DNA from: Amphiscolops sp. MND2022
Lineage: Eukaryota
Reading direction: 5' to 3'
Length of the DNA stretch: 64,000 nt
Assembly (NCBI GenBank): GCA_964187785.1
Contig: OZ076409.1
Coordinates: 91,328,001-91,392,000 of the forward strand
Positions 25,021 through 38,675 of the stretch are shown here, piece by piece. Position 1 is the first letter of the stretch; every line of letters starts with the position of its first letter. The translations under genes were made by a program, and so were the position numbers. The notes below the pieces were generated by a model. The model searched no databases. It was not told the origin of the DNA and worked only from the letters and a program-made list of their open reading frames with translations.

Positions 25021-25678
25021 CAAAAAGCCGGGACCGGCCCAAGTCGGCGCCATATCCAAGGCTCAAAAACAGCAAAAAGACTTTCAAGTGTCAAGTATTA
25101 TCTTTTACAGTACTCGAAAATCGGAAATTTTGAAAAAAAATTGCGAAAAAATTACATACTCAAAAAAATGGACCGAGTGGCGAGCCGGGTACCGCTAGCG
25201 CGAGCTCCTGGCGCGCTAAAGTCTCACAATGCCGAAATACTGAAAGGGGGGACCTTTTGAGGATTTTCAACATCCATTCTGTCGCAAAACATGAAAAATT
25301 GAAGAAAACAAAAATTTTTATTTTCGGGAAAAAATCTCACAATGCCGAAAAAAACTGAAAGGGGGACCCTTTGGGATTTTTTAACATCCATTCTGTCGCA
25401 AAACATCAAAGAATGTAGGAGGACCCTTTGGGGAAAATTTTTTTTGAAAAAAAATCTCGCAGTGCCGAAAAAAAAAATGAAAGGAGGACCCGGTATGGTA
25501 TGTTACACGGAAAAACAGGAAAAAACCTTTTTGGTTCAGTTCGCTAGGCCAAATAGTGCAATTTGGTGCAATAATATTTTGTAGAACTTCTAAGAACTAT
25601 TTTGGTCAGTTCGTGTGGATAGAAAAAAAAGAGTCACTATAATAGTCGCGTTTCGTTTCATGAAGCGCCGACTAAAAA
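25021..25678 (-). mobile_element. Full-length HINE-like element
   Basis: AAAAAGCCGGGACCGGCCCAAGTCGGCGC ... GCGCCGACTAAAAA with ~110-bp internal tandem units. Confidence 0.75.
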
Positions 25679-27070
25679 CTGTTCCGAAACTAGAAAAACA
25701 TTTAGAGAAAGAGAACATAAAAAAATTGAACTAATATTAAAAGAAATTACTATCCAATACTACTTACTTCAAGACACTTAATATAACAAGAGACAACTTC
25801 GAGAGATGTTAATAACCTTTTGAATCTTAACCGAGAGTCGAACTTTGGTGTCTTTTTAAAATGAAGTATACTAGTACTGTTTTATGAAATAACGTATACA
25901 ACAAAAAAGCGCGTTATAATCGAAATTTTGACGTCATACTCGTCCTCTGATAAGATTTGACAAAAAAAGCGGGGCTTCGACTCTAACCAGGGTCGGACTT
26001 TTGAATCTTTTCGAAAAGAACAAATTTAAAAGTTTTCATCTGCACTTTCTTCGTAATTGCAGCATATAATATTTACTTTTCTAGAAACAACCATTTGACA
26101 GATTTATAAACCAAAAGCGCAATGGCACGCTGTTATGTTTTGTGCACTTTGCCAATACCAACAAGCCAGGAACGGCCCAAGTCGGCGCCACGATCAAGGT
26201 TCAAAAGAGTTAAGTTTTTTAAAGATGCAAAAGGACACTGTTGTTAAAAGTTTTATCAATTTTAAAGTGCCAAAAAACAGAAGGGATATCCATAAAACTC
26301 GAAAACCAATTTCTCCCTGGATGGAAACAACAAAAAACCCATTTTTAAAATAAAGATACGGATTTTTTCTTTCGGGAAATTGGCGCGCTAAAAGGATGAT
26401 CCTTTCGGATCTTTTAACATCCATTATGTTGCAAAATATCATAAAATTGAAGGTTGGACCCTTTGGAGACAATAAAAATCATTCAGAAAAAAAACCAAAA
26501 TGAAAAACTTGAACAATCTTATATTGCCGAAAATTGTAAAGGGGGGCTTTGGGATTTTTCAACATCCATTCTGATGCAAAATGTCCAAAAATTGCAGGTG
26601 GACCCTTTGTAGACATTACAATGTTTGGAGCTCTTGGAGTATTCATTTCGCTAAATAAAAGTCTCAATAAAAACATAAAACGCAATAACGAATGATATTA
26701 CCTCAGCTGAAAAGTTTATAATAAAAAACACCTCTTTCCGCTAGAAATTTCGAGACGTTCATTTGCTCAAAGATATTCATCATCTAAGACACGAGAATTC
26801 GCAAAGTCTAACTAAAAATTTTCGACATCTTTTGGCTGTATAAAAAATACAATATAAGAAAAGAAATTCTTGCGTTACCATACGAAGAAGGGGGAATAAA
26901 CCTCAAACAAATTTCAAAATACTACCTTGCTGCCAGATAATTTTCTTTGGGTTGAACGCTAGGAACTAGGAACGTTAACTTCATGACCTTAGCAGTACTA
27001 AGGTTATGAAGTTAACGTTCATAGCGTTCAACTCGAAGGAGGAAAAATATCTCCACGCATTTAGAAGTAC

Positions 27071-27723
27071 AAAAAGCCGGGACCGGCCCAAGTCGGCGCC
27101 ATATCCAAGGCTCAAAAACAGCAAAAAGACTTTCAAGTGTCAAGTATTATCTTTTACAGTACTCGAAAATCGGAAATTTTTGAAAAAAAAATTGCGAAAA
27201 AATTACATACTCAAAAAAATGGACCGAGTGGCGAGCCGGGTACCGCTAGCGCGAGCTCCTGGCGCGCTAAAGTCTCACAATGCCGAAAAACTGAAAGGGG
27301 GGACCTTTTGAGGTTTTTCAACATCCATTCTGTCGCAAAACATGAAAAATTGAAGAAAAAAAAATTTTATTTTTGGGAAAAAATCTCACAATGCCGAAAA
27401 AAACTGAAAGGGGGACCCTTTGGGATTTTTTAACATCCATTCTGTCGCAAAACATCAAAGAATGTAGGAGGACCCTTTGGGGAAAATTTTTTTGAAAAAA
27501 ATCTCGCAGTGCCGAAAAAAAATGAAAGGGGGACCCGGTATGGTATGTTACACGGAAAAACAGGAAAAAACCTTTTTGGTTCTGTTCGCTAGGCCAAATA
27601 GTGCAATTTGGTGCAATAATATTTTGTAGAACTTCTAAGAACTATTTTGGTCAGTTCGTGTGGATAGAAAAAAAGAGTCACTATAATAGTCGCGTTTCGT
27701 TTCATGAAGTGCCGACTAAAAAC
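27071..27723 (-). mobile_element. Full-length HINE-like element (duplicate of 25021-25678)
   Basis: Same termini, located in the second unit of the tandem duplication. Confidence 0.75.
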
Positions 27724-28807
27724 TGTTCCGAAACTAGAAAAACATTTAGAGAAAGAGAACATGAAAAAATTGAACTAACATTAAAAGAAATTACTATCCA
27801 ATACTACTTACTTCAAGACACTTAATATAACAAGAGACAACTTCGAGAGATGTTAATAACCTTTTGAACGACTCCCCAACAAACGTTCCACCGTCATAAA
27901 TAATTGGAGCCCAGGAATAAAACAAAATGTAGCACCGGATATTCTGTACTCAGTTACGAAGAACACCTGGAAAATTAGAAATTCACTCAATTCACTAAAA
28001 AGTATATTTACTGCTTGCTAATGAACTCTTACCTAGATAAACAATACAAGTGACTAAAAATATTGTACTCCAGCCAATTTGTTTCACATATGAAACAAAA
28101 TTTGAAACATGGGACCATTTAATGTTTTTTTTGTGACCTAGAATAGCTGACACTGAAATTGAACATTTTTTCGTGGAAAGATATTTGGCTTGATCGAAGT
28201 TGTCTCTGCCAAAAACGTCTTGTAACAATAATGCTCTCGTCGTTGACGGAATCAATTGGAGATTACCTAATACACTTTCTGGAAAAATTAGCGTAAAAAC
28301 AAAACCAAAACAGTTGCGAATCTACTAAATAACTGATAACGTTTTATGTCTCTTACATTTTTTCTGTTCCTGTTTAATATTTACATTTTTGTGAACAAAA
28401 GTTGATATTATTCAAGTATATTTGATTCTTTGAAAGTCTTTTTATGAGCCTGGTTCAGCATCCCTATTACTGCTGGAAACGGCAATCAATGCCCTGGTTT
28501 GGGTAATGATTCAGCTCGAGGTTTTTCTGACGCTGTAGTTGGCGACGGTTTTGCAATTGATAAAACAATGTAATCACTGGCTCCCTAAATAAACAACATA
28601 AGGACTCCCCATGTTGAGCACTCCCTGTGAATCTGTAGAGGTCTGTTTAGATCCTGACAGATATTCTAGGATTTGTGAAAAATAAACTAATCATAATTAC
28701 GGTTTTGAAATCGAAAACTGTTGAATAAAAAGTGCTCTGCAAGATACTCCAGGATTTGTCGAAATTTAACCGTACGAAAATGACCAATAAAATACTATAA
28801 CGTACGT

Positions 28808-29038
28808 TGTAATCTAAAATCTCACGGTTAAAACAGCTCTTTGTGTTAGGACCAACTCAGTATTCATCAACGTATCTGTCTCTATGCTTCGTAACAGAAT
28901 ATATATTGGTATCAATACAATAACAAAGTGACAGCAATGAGAGTTTTATTGGTAAACAAGGCAAGTCTCTCTGTCAATGTCAGTATGTTACGGTATGAAC
29001 TAAATCTACGGTAGAAGTCATGATGGCAGACTGTCACA
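28808..29038 (-). repeat. 3' LTR of the decayed Gypsy element
   Basis: Direct repeat of 34471-34703 with multiple substitutions and indels; abuts the PPT. Confidence 0.9.
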
Positions 29039-29049
29039 TCCCCCCTCTC

Positions 29050-32000
29050 CGGAGTGATCCGGTGGAAGTTAGTTTGTTTTCTTCGTTGGGCCGTAATGAT
29101 CGGATTTCTTCATCATCCTTCCGTATTGTACGGTGGTTTTCTTTTTCATTTCGGTCCACTGTTGTTGTCGTCTTTTCCTGTAATAAATTACGGTTATTAA
29201 TATTTTTCTTTTTGTTATTCTTCGTTTGGTATGGCACTCCGCCTATCTTTTCGGTTTGTTTTGCGAAGGGAAATCTTTTGGACTTTCTGACTGGTTCCGG
29301 TGTTTTAGGTTTTTCAATATATTTACTTTGTTCAGGAGTTAGATTGTTTTCTTTTGGGAGGAGCTGTAGTTCGTCGTCGATGTTTGTATGTATTGGTTTT
29401 CCTTCTGATCTATTGTAGCAGTCTGAATCGTCATTCTCTGATACATTGCTCAGATTTAGTTCTGCTTCTTTGTCGGTATTTTTGATTGCAGATGTGAATT
29501 GTCCCTTGTTATTTCGTGGCTGATCTTTTTTTCTCTATCCAGTCTCCGCTTTTTTCCTGATCGGAGGGCTTGAGTGGGCCTCTTTTCTGCTGAAGATGCA
29601 AGGCGTTCCGTTGTAGTTTAATTGATACAAAGTTTTGGAACAAGTAGATTGGTCAGCGGTGTTTTGACGGTTGTTGATTCGTTTTGTCGGTGCTGTGGCT
29701 GTTTGCCGAAAAGGTAGCGGGCTAGAAAGTAATTTCCAATGTTTTACTTTGTTCTTATCGCTTGTTATGGTGTGTTCCGTTCCCGAAAGGGCAGTTACGA
29801 TTTTATTTTTAAATTTGCTATCCAGAGAGTTGAGTTCTTCTCGTAGTTTTTCTTGTAAAATTTGAATGGATAGTTGAATTTGTTTGTACTTACCGTATTA
29901 GTTGGCTTTTTGCTTTGAGAGAAGGTCATCCCCCGTCTGAATTTCGGTTCCACCGTCTACTTTTTGACATGACCAGGTGGTCGGTAATCTCTCCGCTGTA
30001 TTCCGGGTAATATACACTGAGAGATCTTTGGAGTCCACTGAAAGAGCATTTTTTTGATTAGATAGTTTAGTTCTGGGGGTGCGTCCAAAGTGTGCTTCGA
30101 ACAGTGTTTTCTTGGTTTCAGAGTGTTTGGTGAATCTCAGGACAAATAATGCTCTGTTTATGCTTTCGCGGAGGTTTTGTCCGTCTTCCAGATTAACTAA
30201 GATTAAGTTCTTCAGTGATTGGATTGTGCGTTCGACCAATCCGGTGTCAGCGTGTAAAATGGCGGCGGTACCGTAAATGTAATTAGTATTTTGTGTTTTG
30301 CAAAATTCTTTGTACTCTTTCGAGATAAAGGCGCCTCCTTTACCCGATTTTATTTGTTTTGGCACTCCGTATACATTTATGTATTCCTTGAGGAGAGCTA
30401 TTACGGTTTCGTGGTTTGTATTTTTGCAAATTTTGGTTACTGGCCAGCGACGATTTTTGTCGACCGCAATTAGTACATACGATGTGGAAGATAATTTTTT
30501 ATTGTGTAGGTTTCCAATGAAATCCAGTTGGATTTCTTCGCCCGGTGTTTTTGGCGGTTCAATTTTTGTTTTTTTTTCGGCTTAGGGTATTTAAAATTTC
30601 AGATTCTTACCAGCATTTAGACAGGCTGAGCATGTTTTTGATTTCTTTTCAATATCTTCCCGCATGTTCGGCCACCAGAATAAAGTCGCATCGCTGCACA
30701 TTTTGTTGATGCCGGGATGTCCAAAGTGCAAGGCGTTGAGTTATCTCGGGGATTTCGGTAAGATAGTTCGGTCATCAACCATGATGATACCCCAGCGGTG
30801 GGTTAGCTTTTTGGCCACTTTTCTATAGTCGTTGGGGATCAAGCTAGTGATGTTTTCCTCTAGGCAAAAGTTCAGTTCGATGAGTTCTGGATCGGCTGCT
30901 GTCTCTTTGACGAGCATTTCCAGGTCTAACATGAAGTCCAATTCGGCCGATTTAACGTTGTCTTCCTGTTGTTTGTTGCGTTTGGCCTTTTCTTCCACTA
31001 TGCGATTTATTCTTACATAGTGTACCGCTATCTCTTCAATTGGGCCGTCGCGGTATTCTTGGACGGGTATTGCAGTGTAAGCTCCGGGTTCGTGGGTTGC
31101 CACTGCTTCTTCGGAGTTGTTTGAGGTAGTTGATTCGGCGTCTCTGTGTGTTTCATTTTCGCGGTGGGGTTCTTCTCTATTTGTTTGATCTTGCGTTGTT
31201 CTTTGCGGTATTTCGTCTCCGAAGTCTCTAAAATATCCACCGCCGATGTGGAACTCTTTCTTTTTTCTTGAGTTGAAGATCAGTTCGTTTGATTTCCCTC
31301 CTCTCGTTTTCTTCCGGTCGTCTCGGTATATGAAATTCTCCGCCCAGGTTTTTGTTCCAATGCGGTCTCATTGCTACGGGTATTGCTAGCTCTATTCGTC
31401 TCGTGACCAGTTCCGAAGTTTCGGGTGATGTATCCCTTCTGTTGATGATGGCCAGGTGGTAGCGTAGTTGTCCTTCCACACGGAAGTAGCGTAAGTTTTG
31501 ATTGTTATTCATTTCTGAATGGTAATTGTTTATTATGCTGGTATCCGTATTTGAATGTAGCTGTTGTGCACGGTTCTGAGTCAACATGGCTTTTGTTTGT
31601 TTGGTAGCGTTGCGTATGTATTTGCCGCGTTCTCGCCGTCTGATTGGTTGAAATTCCGTCCAATGCGGGCTTTTACGTTGGCTAGTTGCGCGATGGCGTT
31701 AATTACACATTCTTCTTCGTAGTTTTCGTCTGGTTCCGGATTGTCAGTAGGATTAGGGCTGATGAAATCTGTGAATTTGATTTCTTCACCGGCGGTGGGT
31801 TTTAGGCTTATGTCGAAGTGGTTTAGTCTCTCCAGCCACCGTGTTAGTCGTGCAATATATTGTTTGTTTGCTTTGTTTCATTTCAAGAGTGGTTCCAGTG
31901 CTGGGTGGTCAGAAAATAGTTGTATTTGTTTCCGGTATAAGTGGAATCTAAATCTTTCCAGACCCCAGAATACGGCTGATAATTCTACTTCGCCGATCGA

Positions 32001-34430
32001 TTTTTTTCGGCATCGTTCAAATAGCGGTTGGCGAATGCAATGGGTTTTAGTTCCTTGTTTCCTTGCTTTTGCCATAGTGCAATTCATAATCCGGTTTTGC
32101 TAGCGTCGGTGGTAACGATGTTTTCTTTGTTCCCGTTGTAGTGTGCTAGACAGGGTAGTTTTGTTAGTTCTTGTTTTTTTCTGTTGAAATCCCTATTTCG
32201 GTCCGTCATCCAATCCCATTTTGTTCCTTTCTTGAGTAATTGTCTCTTGTTGTCCGTTTTCTCGGAAAGGTTGGGTATGAACTTTGCGAAATATTGAATG
32301 GCACCGAGAAAAGATTTCAATGTTTTGGTGTTTGTGGGAGGTTTCAGTTTGTTGATTGCGTCCGTTTTTTCCTTATTTGGTCTGATGCCATCGTGTGATA
32401 TTGTGTGTCCGAGCCATATTGTTTCTTTCTGGTAAAAATTCGATTTTTCCTTGCTTGCTCTGTATCCCTCATTCTCTAGTTTGGAGAGTACCGAATATAA
32501 ATCTCGGGTGTGTTCTCCTTTGGTTTCACGGGTGACGATAATGATATCGTCAAGCCAAACTGGTGTTTGGTGTCCCAGGGTTATGTCGATTTTCTCTTGG
32601 AAAATTGTTGGTATGTCCGCTGGACCGTAGAATCCCTTTAGGTTGCTGCGAAATGCAGTGTTTGCTGGTTTCTGGCGCTAGTCTCATTTGTCCGTAGGCA
32701 TAATCGAGATCTATCACGGAAATCCAGATTGGGTCGTTGTCATTTCTTGATAGCTCAGTGGATATTTGGTTTAATAACTCTTCCATATTTGGCATATGCG
32801 GTCTTTTTCTCACGCAGCAGTCGTTCAGTTTGCGGGCGTCTGATGCAAATTTTACCGTTTTTGTCTTTCTTTACCGAAATTACTACGGGTGATACGAAAC
32901 AGTCTTCTTCAATTGTTTCCAGTCTTTCGAGGTGTCCGGATTTTATCAGTCGGTCGAGTTCATTTTTCACGTTTTTCTGTAAGTGGCATGGTATTGGTCT
33001 GGCTTTCTGTTGGATGGGGTAGCATCACGAATTTATCTGAATTTTCACTTCCGCGTTCTTGATTGTGTGGTTCGTTTCGAATAGTTTGTTGCATTTTGTG
33101 TGGATGTTGTTTGATTGGTTGGCGTATTCGTCCAATGAAATTTTGTTAATGGTAATTGGTAGTTGTTTTAACCAATTTCCACCCAGTAGTGGTGTAATGT
33201 CGTTTCTTCGTTTCTTTGTGCAATGAGTATTGGTAGTTTCGTGGTTGCGCCGTTGTGTACAATGTTTCCCCAGGAATCTGATTTCATTTTTGTTCACATC
33301 CAGGTATCTTTCCCTCAGTGGGTGTATGTCTTTTTGATTGTATAGTTTCGGGTTGTTTGGCATGATTGTGACCGGAGATCCGGTATCGATTGTGAAGTTT
33401 TGATATTTCCCATTAATTTTCAGTCTAATGCCGTAATTGTCGTTTTTGTCCGGTAGTATTCTGTTGATTTGGGTTATTTGTTGGATTTCTTCCGGTGCGC
33501 TTTCTCACTCTTCGCTGTGTGTTGCTTCGAAGTAGTTGACTCTTTGTTTTCTTGTGTTGTCCGTTTTGCTGCGACAAACTCTCGCGAAGAGTCCTATTTG
33601 TGACAGTTGTTGCATTCCACCGTCTGTGCAGGGTATTTGTGTTGTGGTGACCAAATTTGTTGGCCGCAGAATCCACAAATATTAATTATTCTTTGTTATT
33701 ATTTCGATATCTTTAGGTGACTTGTTTTTGTTTCCCGGTTGTCTTTTTTGTATCGGTTCTTCTTTTATTTCTTTTTCTTTCGCGTGTACTGGTGGTATTG
33801 TTGTTTGTTTAGGCCTTTTCTCATAGCTGTCTTGGGTTACCAGATCCATGGTGGTTTTCAGGTTCAGTGTCTTTTCTCGAATAAATTTTCCCGTAGTTTC
33901 TTGTCGGTGACGTTGGTGATAAATTTTGATATCAATAGGTCTTCCTGTTTGATGTCTTTGAATTCGCAGTTTCTTTCCAACGATACAAGTTTTCGCGACT
34001 CGTCTTCTGGTGTTTCATTGTCTTCTTGTTTTGCCCAAAAGAAATCTCCACGGCAGTGGTAGGTGTTACGTTTAGGCATGTAATAGTCTTTGAATAGTTG
34101 TATGAGGTTTTCGGTGTTGATTGTGTCTGGATCGGTGTTGAACTCTCCTTTTGTTTTTATTTCTATCGCGGATGGTCCGGCTCCCCAGATAAAATCTTGT
34201 TTTATTGTGGGTTCTTTTTCCGTCCATCCGTTGTTCGTTGGTATTGTCTCACCGGATAAGGCCGGTTTTATATCAATGTCGTGGATTCGTTTGATGAAGT
34301 GTCTCATTCGTTCGGTTCATTCTTTGGGGGTGTACAGTTTTTTTACCGTCAAGTCCGGTGTCCTCAAGGTAAGGTAGTAGTATATTGTTCGTGGTTGCTG
34401 TCATTGTTTCTTTTGTCGGATAAGATGGGC
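29050..34430 (-). pseudogene. pol: Frameshifted gag-pol (Gag, PR, RT, RNase H, IN in Gypsy order)
   Basis: Fragments FIWGAGP/DFFWAKQ (gag), FTIDTGSPVTI (PR), IDLDYAYGQ and WLDDIII (RT), TTDASKTG/ELSAVFWG/SDHPAL (RH), HFGHPG..WWPNM and GLVERTIQSLK (IN), spread over several frames. Confidence 0.88.
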
Positions 34431-34470
34431 TTTCACACAGTAAAAATAAAATCTTGCTACTGCGCCATGT

Positions 34471-34703
34471 TGTAATCTAATATCTCACGGTTAAAACAGT
34501 TCTTTGTGCTAAGACTTTAACTCAGTATTCATCGACGTATCTATCTCTATGCTTCGTAACAAAATATATAATGGTATCAATACAATAACATAAAGTGACA
34601 GCAATTAGTTTTATTGGTAAACAAGGCAAGTCTCTCGGTCTATGTCCGTTTGTTACGGTATGAACTAAATCTACGGTAGAGGTCATGATGGTACCATGTC
34701 ACA
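34471..34703 (-). repeat. 5' LTR of the decayed Gypsy element
   Basis: Direct repeat of 28808-29038, followed on the minus strand by the PBS. Confidence 0.9.
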
Positions 34704-36781
34704 ACGTATTCCGAGTTTCACCAATTTCTAAAACTACTCCAGCAAACCATGGCCCCGAAATACAACAAAAACAACACTTTATCAACGCCTCTACCAACAC
34801 AGACGGTGGCCACAAGTCTAAATACATCCGCCAAAACCAAGTCAATTTGGCAGACGAGCCTCTCAAAGTTGAATAACCACTTCTGGAAAGTTCGAGTGAA
34901 ATAGATAAATTAGTGTATGACCAATACCAAATATTCCCCAGACACCAAAATTACTGTGTTGGGGACAAGCTTTCCTGCTCAAGAATATTGATTGATGGAG
35001 AGTTTCAACTAACTGAGCCTTGTTTAGCAAAAATACTTGTTGAGCAAGTCCACAAAAAGCAATACATTGGTTCCCAGAAGCTCCGGAAAAAATTCCTGAA
35101 AAATCAGTTCAGAAGAACTTTGAACATCTGTAAAGATCCTTGCAGATCTGCAGTTGTCCTTACGTAGCAGTGGCACGATCTTTTACTGAACCTCAAGGAA
35201 AAAAAGCTCACAGATCTGCACAGATTCTCAAGGAACGCTCAACATGGGTCTTCATTCAATTTTATACCTTGCTAATAGAAAATTAATGATTTTTGTTGAC
35301 TTTTTTCAGATTTTCTGATCAAACAACATTTTACAATGAATTTTTTCTGGGGAACATGGCTCTCTTGATAAAATCTTACCATGGCAAAATGAATACTATG
35401 GGAAGATCTTGTCACGATCTTAGCCAAGGTTGTTCCAAGGTCTTGCCAAGATCTTAGTAGGATATCCATGCAGGGTCAACTATCACTATCAACCAGGACA
35501 CCTAAAATATTTTTGCAATTTTCTTTTAAAACTTTAATGGTGGGGAAGGGGCAGAAACGAACTTTATTTACAGACATTATTTACTTATTCGAACATTGTT
35601 TCACAGACATTATAATGGTATTTGAACCTTGTATCTTATACCCCCTGAAGCACGGGGTTCAGGGACTCCGAAAAAATAATTTTTATGGAAATAATGGCCA
35701 TAAATTATTTATTTTTCATCACGAAAATAAAAATTATTTATTCTCAGATAGAGTTTAGGGAAATAATTTATTTCACATACTTGAAATAATTTAAGATAAT
35801 TTTGGCGCCAACAGAAGTAGAAAGCTAACAAAGCGCGTGATCAAAATTTCTCATTTGTCAAGCAAAGAACACACTCAAGACACAACATCACACCAACGCA
35901 CCTGGTAGCTGAACTGCTCTTCTCAATCAATAAAAAGTTCTGGGATGCCGAATTGATATCCGGAGGCCTGCATAATGTACTTTGAGTTTTGCTGTTCAAA
36001 TTGTTTTGGCAATTTACCATTATTTCCATTATTTATTTCGTTCAGAAAGTTAGGGAAATTATTTATTTTTTGCGAAGTATTAGAGAAATTATTGATGGCT
36101 TCACGTCCATAAAATGCCATTATTTTTACGGAGACCCTGATGGGGTTTGGGATTACGATACATGGTCAAAGTCCTTTTTATTTCAAACAAGCTTAGGACG
36201 AGTTTTTTATGAGTTGTCAGCTAACCTGGTAGGTCCTCCGAGATCAAATCATCTGCCGTTTGAATGAATAGTTTGAACGAATGTATTTAACTTGCTTCAA
36301 ATGAACAATTAAACATCAATTTTTCAACATTAAGTTTTCAAATCAAATTAACATCAATTTTAAAACGATACCGGTAGAAGCTGCACAGACGAGAGATGAA
36401 ACAGTGAATGTTCAAATAGAATGTACGTGTTTGAGCTCAGTTACTTTGTACACAGAGGTTTCACAAGCTTATCGTTAACAAATAACTCATTTTTACAGTA
36501 CAGTGCGGTGTTGAACGTGTCAACAGCGCATCTCCTTTTATCATAAATTATGAGACATTTCTGAGAAAAACCAACCTGGAAAATAGTACATAAAAGACAA
36601 TGTTCTATTAGCTTCATACAGACTACACAGAGCTATATAGAGCGATAACATACAGTAGTGTGATAAGAAAAGTGAACTCCGTAAACAAATTAACGACAGT
36701 ATTATTTCAATTATCTCGCAAATAATGAAAGATACAGAAAATTGTCAGATATAAAAACGTTTTGACATTAAACACTGAGTC

Positions 36782-38675
36782 TGTCACAGCCCCGCATAAG
36801 CTGTGAGTATTGCAACATGTGTAACCCAGTCTTCAAAGAATAAATTGGGAAAAGAGAGGAAAGAACAAGAAAGAAACAACAAAGGGACAATTAGAAACAG
36901 AGGCGCTAAATTTGAAACAATTAAATAAATAAATATATATATTAATATTACTATATTAATGTACACTTATTTAAATACGTACTTACAAATAACGGAGCTA
37001 AAGTGCAGTTAATAATGTTAATAACATAGTGCTAATATCAATACTACGTAAAACACTCAACCTGACAAGCAGTCAATTAATTCTTGAACGGAACTGCGGC
37101 CTGGCGGCCGGCCTCAAATGCGCTCACTAAAGCGGTGGCCTGGCAGGCGGCCTGAGATTTGTAAACCAATACACAAGCATTCCCTTACAGTAAATACATG
37201 CATACAAACTAATGGCTAATGCAGTGCTTCATCGACAGTGCAGTTTTGTATATATACCAATAATTGAGATTCCCGCGCCTATTCATTGCAATATTTGGGA
37301 CCGCGGCCTGAGACGCGGCCTGAGAATGAAAATACAGCGAACTGTCCGCAAAATTAGAAAGTGTTGATGCTAACATGTAACTTTGTTTCGAAATAACTCT
37401 AATAGCCATCACTGATGATCCTAAATAATTCTGTTGATTGGAATATTACATATAATGTACTTTTACATGTAAATGGCGTCTAATCAGTAAATAAGCCTGA
37501 ACCGTGGCCTGAGCCAAAGGCTCAATGTCAAAATGCAAACCAAGGGTTAATTGCATGCATATACCATTTCCTAAACATGTTACCGTTTAATTGCATTTAT
37601 TATTCCATAAAATAATGTCTCTGATGCTATACACTGTTTATAATCACTGTATTTTGTTGAACCAATTTGTCCGTCCAGGACCATGGCCTGGGACCAGGCT
37701 TTGCCGTTTTATTTAAAACATCACCAAATACACCGTAGAAAAGATTCTACTCTCCCTTTTGCAGTTCATCATACTTTTTCCATTTAATTTTCTATCATTT
37801 CGTTGCTAATTTATTTTAATTAGAGAATATCTGTAAAAGGAATTTGACTGTCATCGTTTCTTCCCAAATTTAGTGCAGTTTGTTAACTTCGTTTGATGAG
37901 TCACAGCGTGTGTTTTTGCTAGTTGTTCAGTTCGGCGTCTCGAAGAGGCGGGAGATTGGAGAGGAAGGAAAGCGAAGTCGCAACTCAGGCCGGAAGTGGA
38001 CGCTTGCTTTCCCCGGGAAGCATGAACAAACTGAAAGCCTGAGTTCGACTAAGCGGAACTGAATTTCCGTTTTCCCTGCCTCGGATGGACGCCGGGCTGA
38101 ACGAAATGTGAAGTATGTGCGTGTCTTTTCCTTGCTTCCTCGATCGGAAGGTATAAATATGATGGGACCAAGAGGCCATATTCAGTTAAAATTTTGTTGT
38201 TTATCGCAAGCAATTGTCTTTTGTTGAAAATAATTGAAAGTTTCAAAACTTCAAATTTCTCTGCTCAAGATTCTACTTAGATTCCTTCTAAAGAAAATTG
38301 AGAAGTTAAACTTGAACAAGATGCCCGAGAGAAGCTCGAAAAGGAAAGCTAGGCGAGATTCCCCAGTGAATTCAGTAGACGAACCTGAGTCTTCCAGCAT
38401 GAGGACTGAGAATACCCCTTGCTTGTCTGACAAGGATTTTAACGAGTTATCAGAAAAAATAGAAAAGTCCGTCAGCAAAAGAATTAAAGACACGGAAATC
38501 GGACAACGTGAGATTTTAAAAATGATAGAGAATCTAGCCTCTAAGATAGACACTCTAGCAGAAAAACCGTCCTACAACGCACACCACGATCCCGATGATG
38601 AAGACTTGGAGAATACATATTTTAGACCCGGAACGGTTGAACCGAATGATTTACGGTTAAATCACGGTCAACACA
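36782..38675 (+). repeat. 5' LTR (~1.89 kb)
   Basis: Starts TGTCACA. The right end is inferred (+/-2 nt) from ..ACA abutting TGGTGACAGG and by analogy with the LTR end at 56533. Confidence 0.8.
38152..38187 (+). promoter_or_regulatory. LTR core promoter: TATA box plus initiator
   Basis: TATAAAT at 38152 and TCAGTT at 38182-38187, ~30 nt apart, 137 nt upstream of the gag ATG. Confidence 0.6.

Larger units (their letters stand above)
23767..27868. repeat. Head-to-tail ~2.05-kb tandem duplication (23767-25817 and 25818-27861)
   Basis: Near-identical units with scattered substitutions and homopolymer differences; TTTTGAA occurs at all three boundaries. Confidence 0.9.
28808..34703 (-). mobile_element. 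Decayed full-length Ty3/Gypsy LTR retrotransposon (short LTRs)
   Basis: LTRs at 28808-29038 and 34471-34703 (TGT..ACA), with a 4-bp ACGT TSD on both flanks. PBS TGGCGCAGTAGC (minus, about 34456-34467; tRNA-Ser-like, tentative). PPT GAGAGGGGGGA adjacent to the 3' LTR. Confidence 0.92.
28608..35248. mobile_element. Non-autonomous TIR element (~0.74 kb) split by a nested Gypsy insertion
   Basis: CCCATGTTGAGCACTCCCTGTGAATCTG at 28608 pairs imperfectly with CAGATTCTCAAGGAACGCTCAACATGGG ending at 35248. Confidence 0.6.

Noticed and set aside
35640..36150. Possible MITE with AATAATGGC/GCCATTATT inverted motifs
   Set aside because: The inverted matches are short and the termini cannot be defined.
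36784..38246. Short ORFs inside the LTR, repeated at 50422-51884
   Set aside because: They are identical only because the LTR is duplicated; no coding signature.
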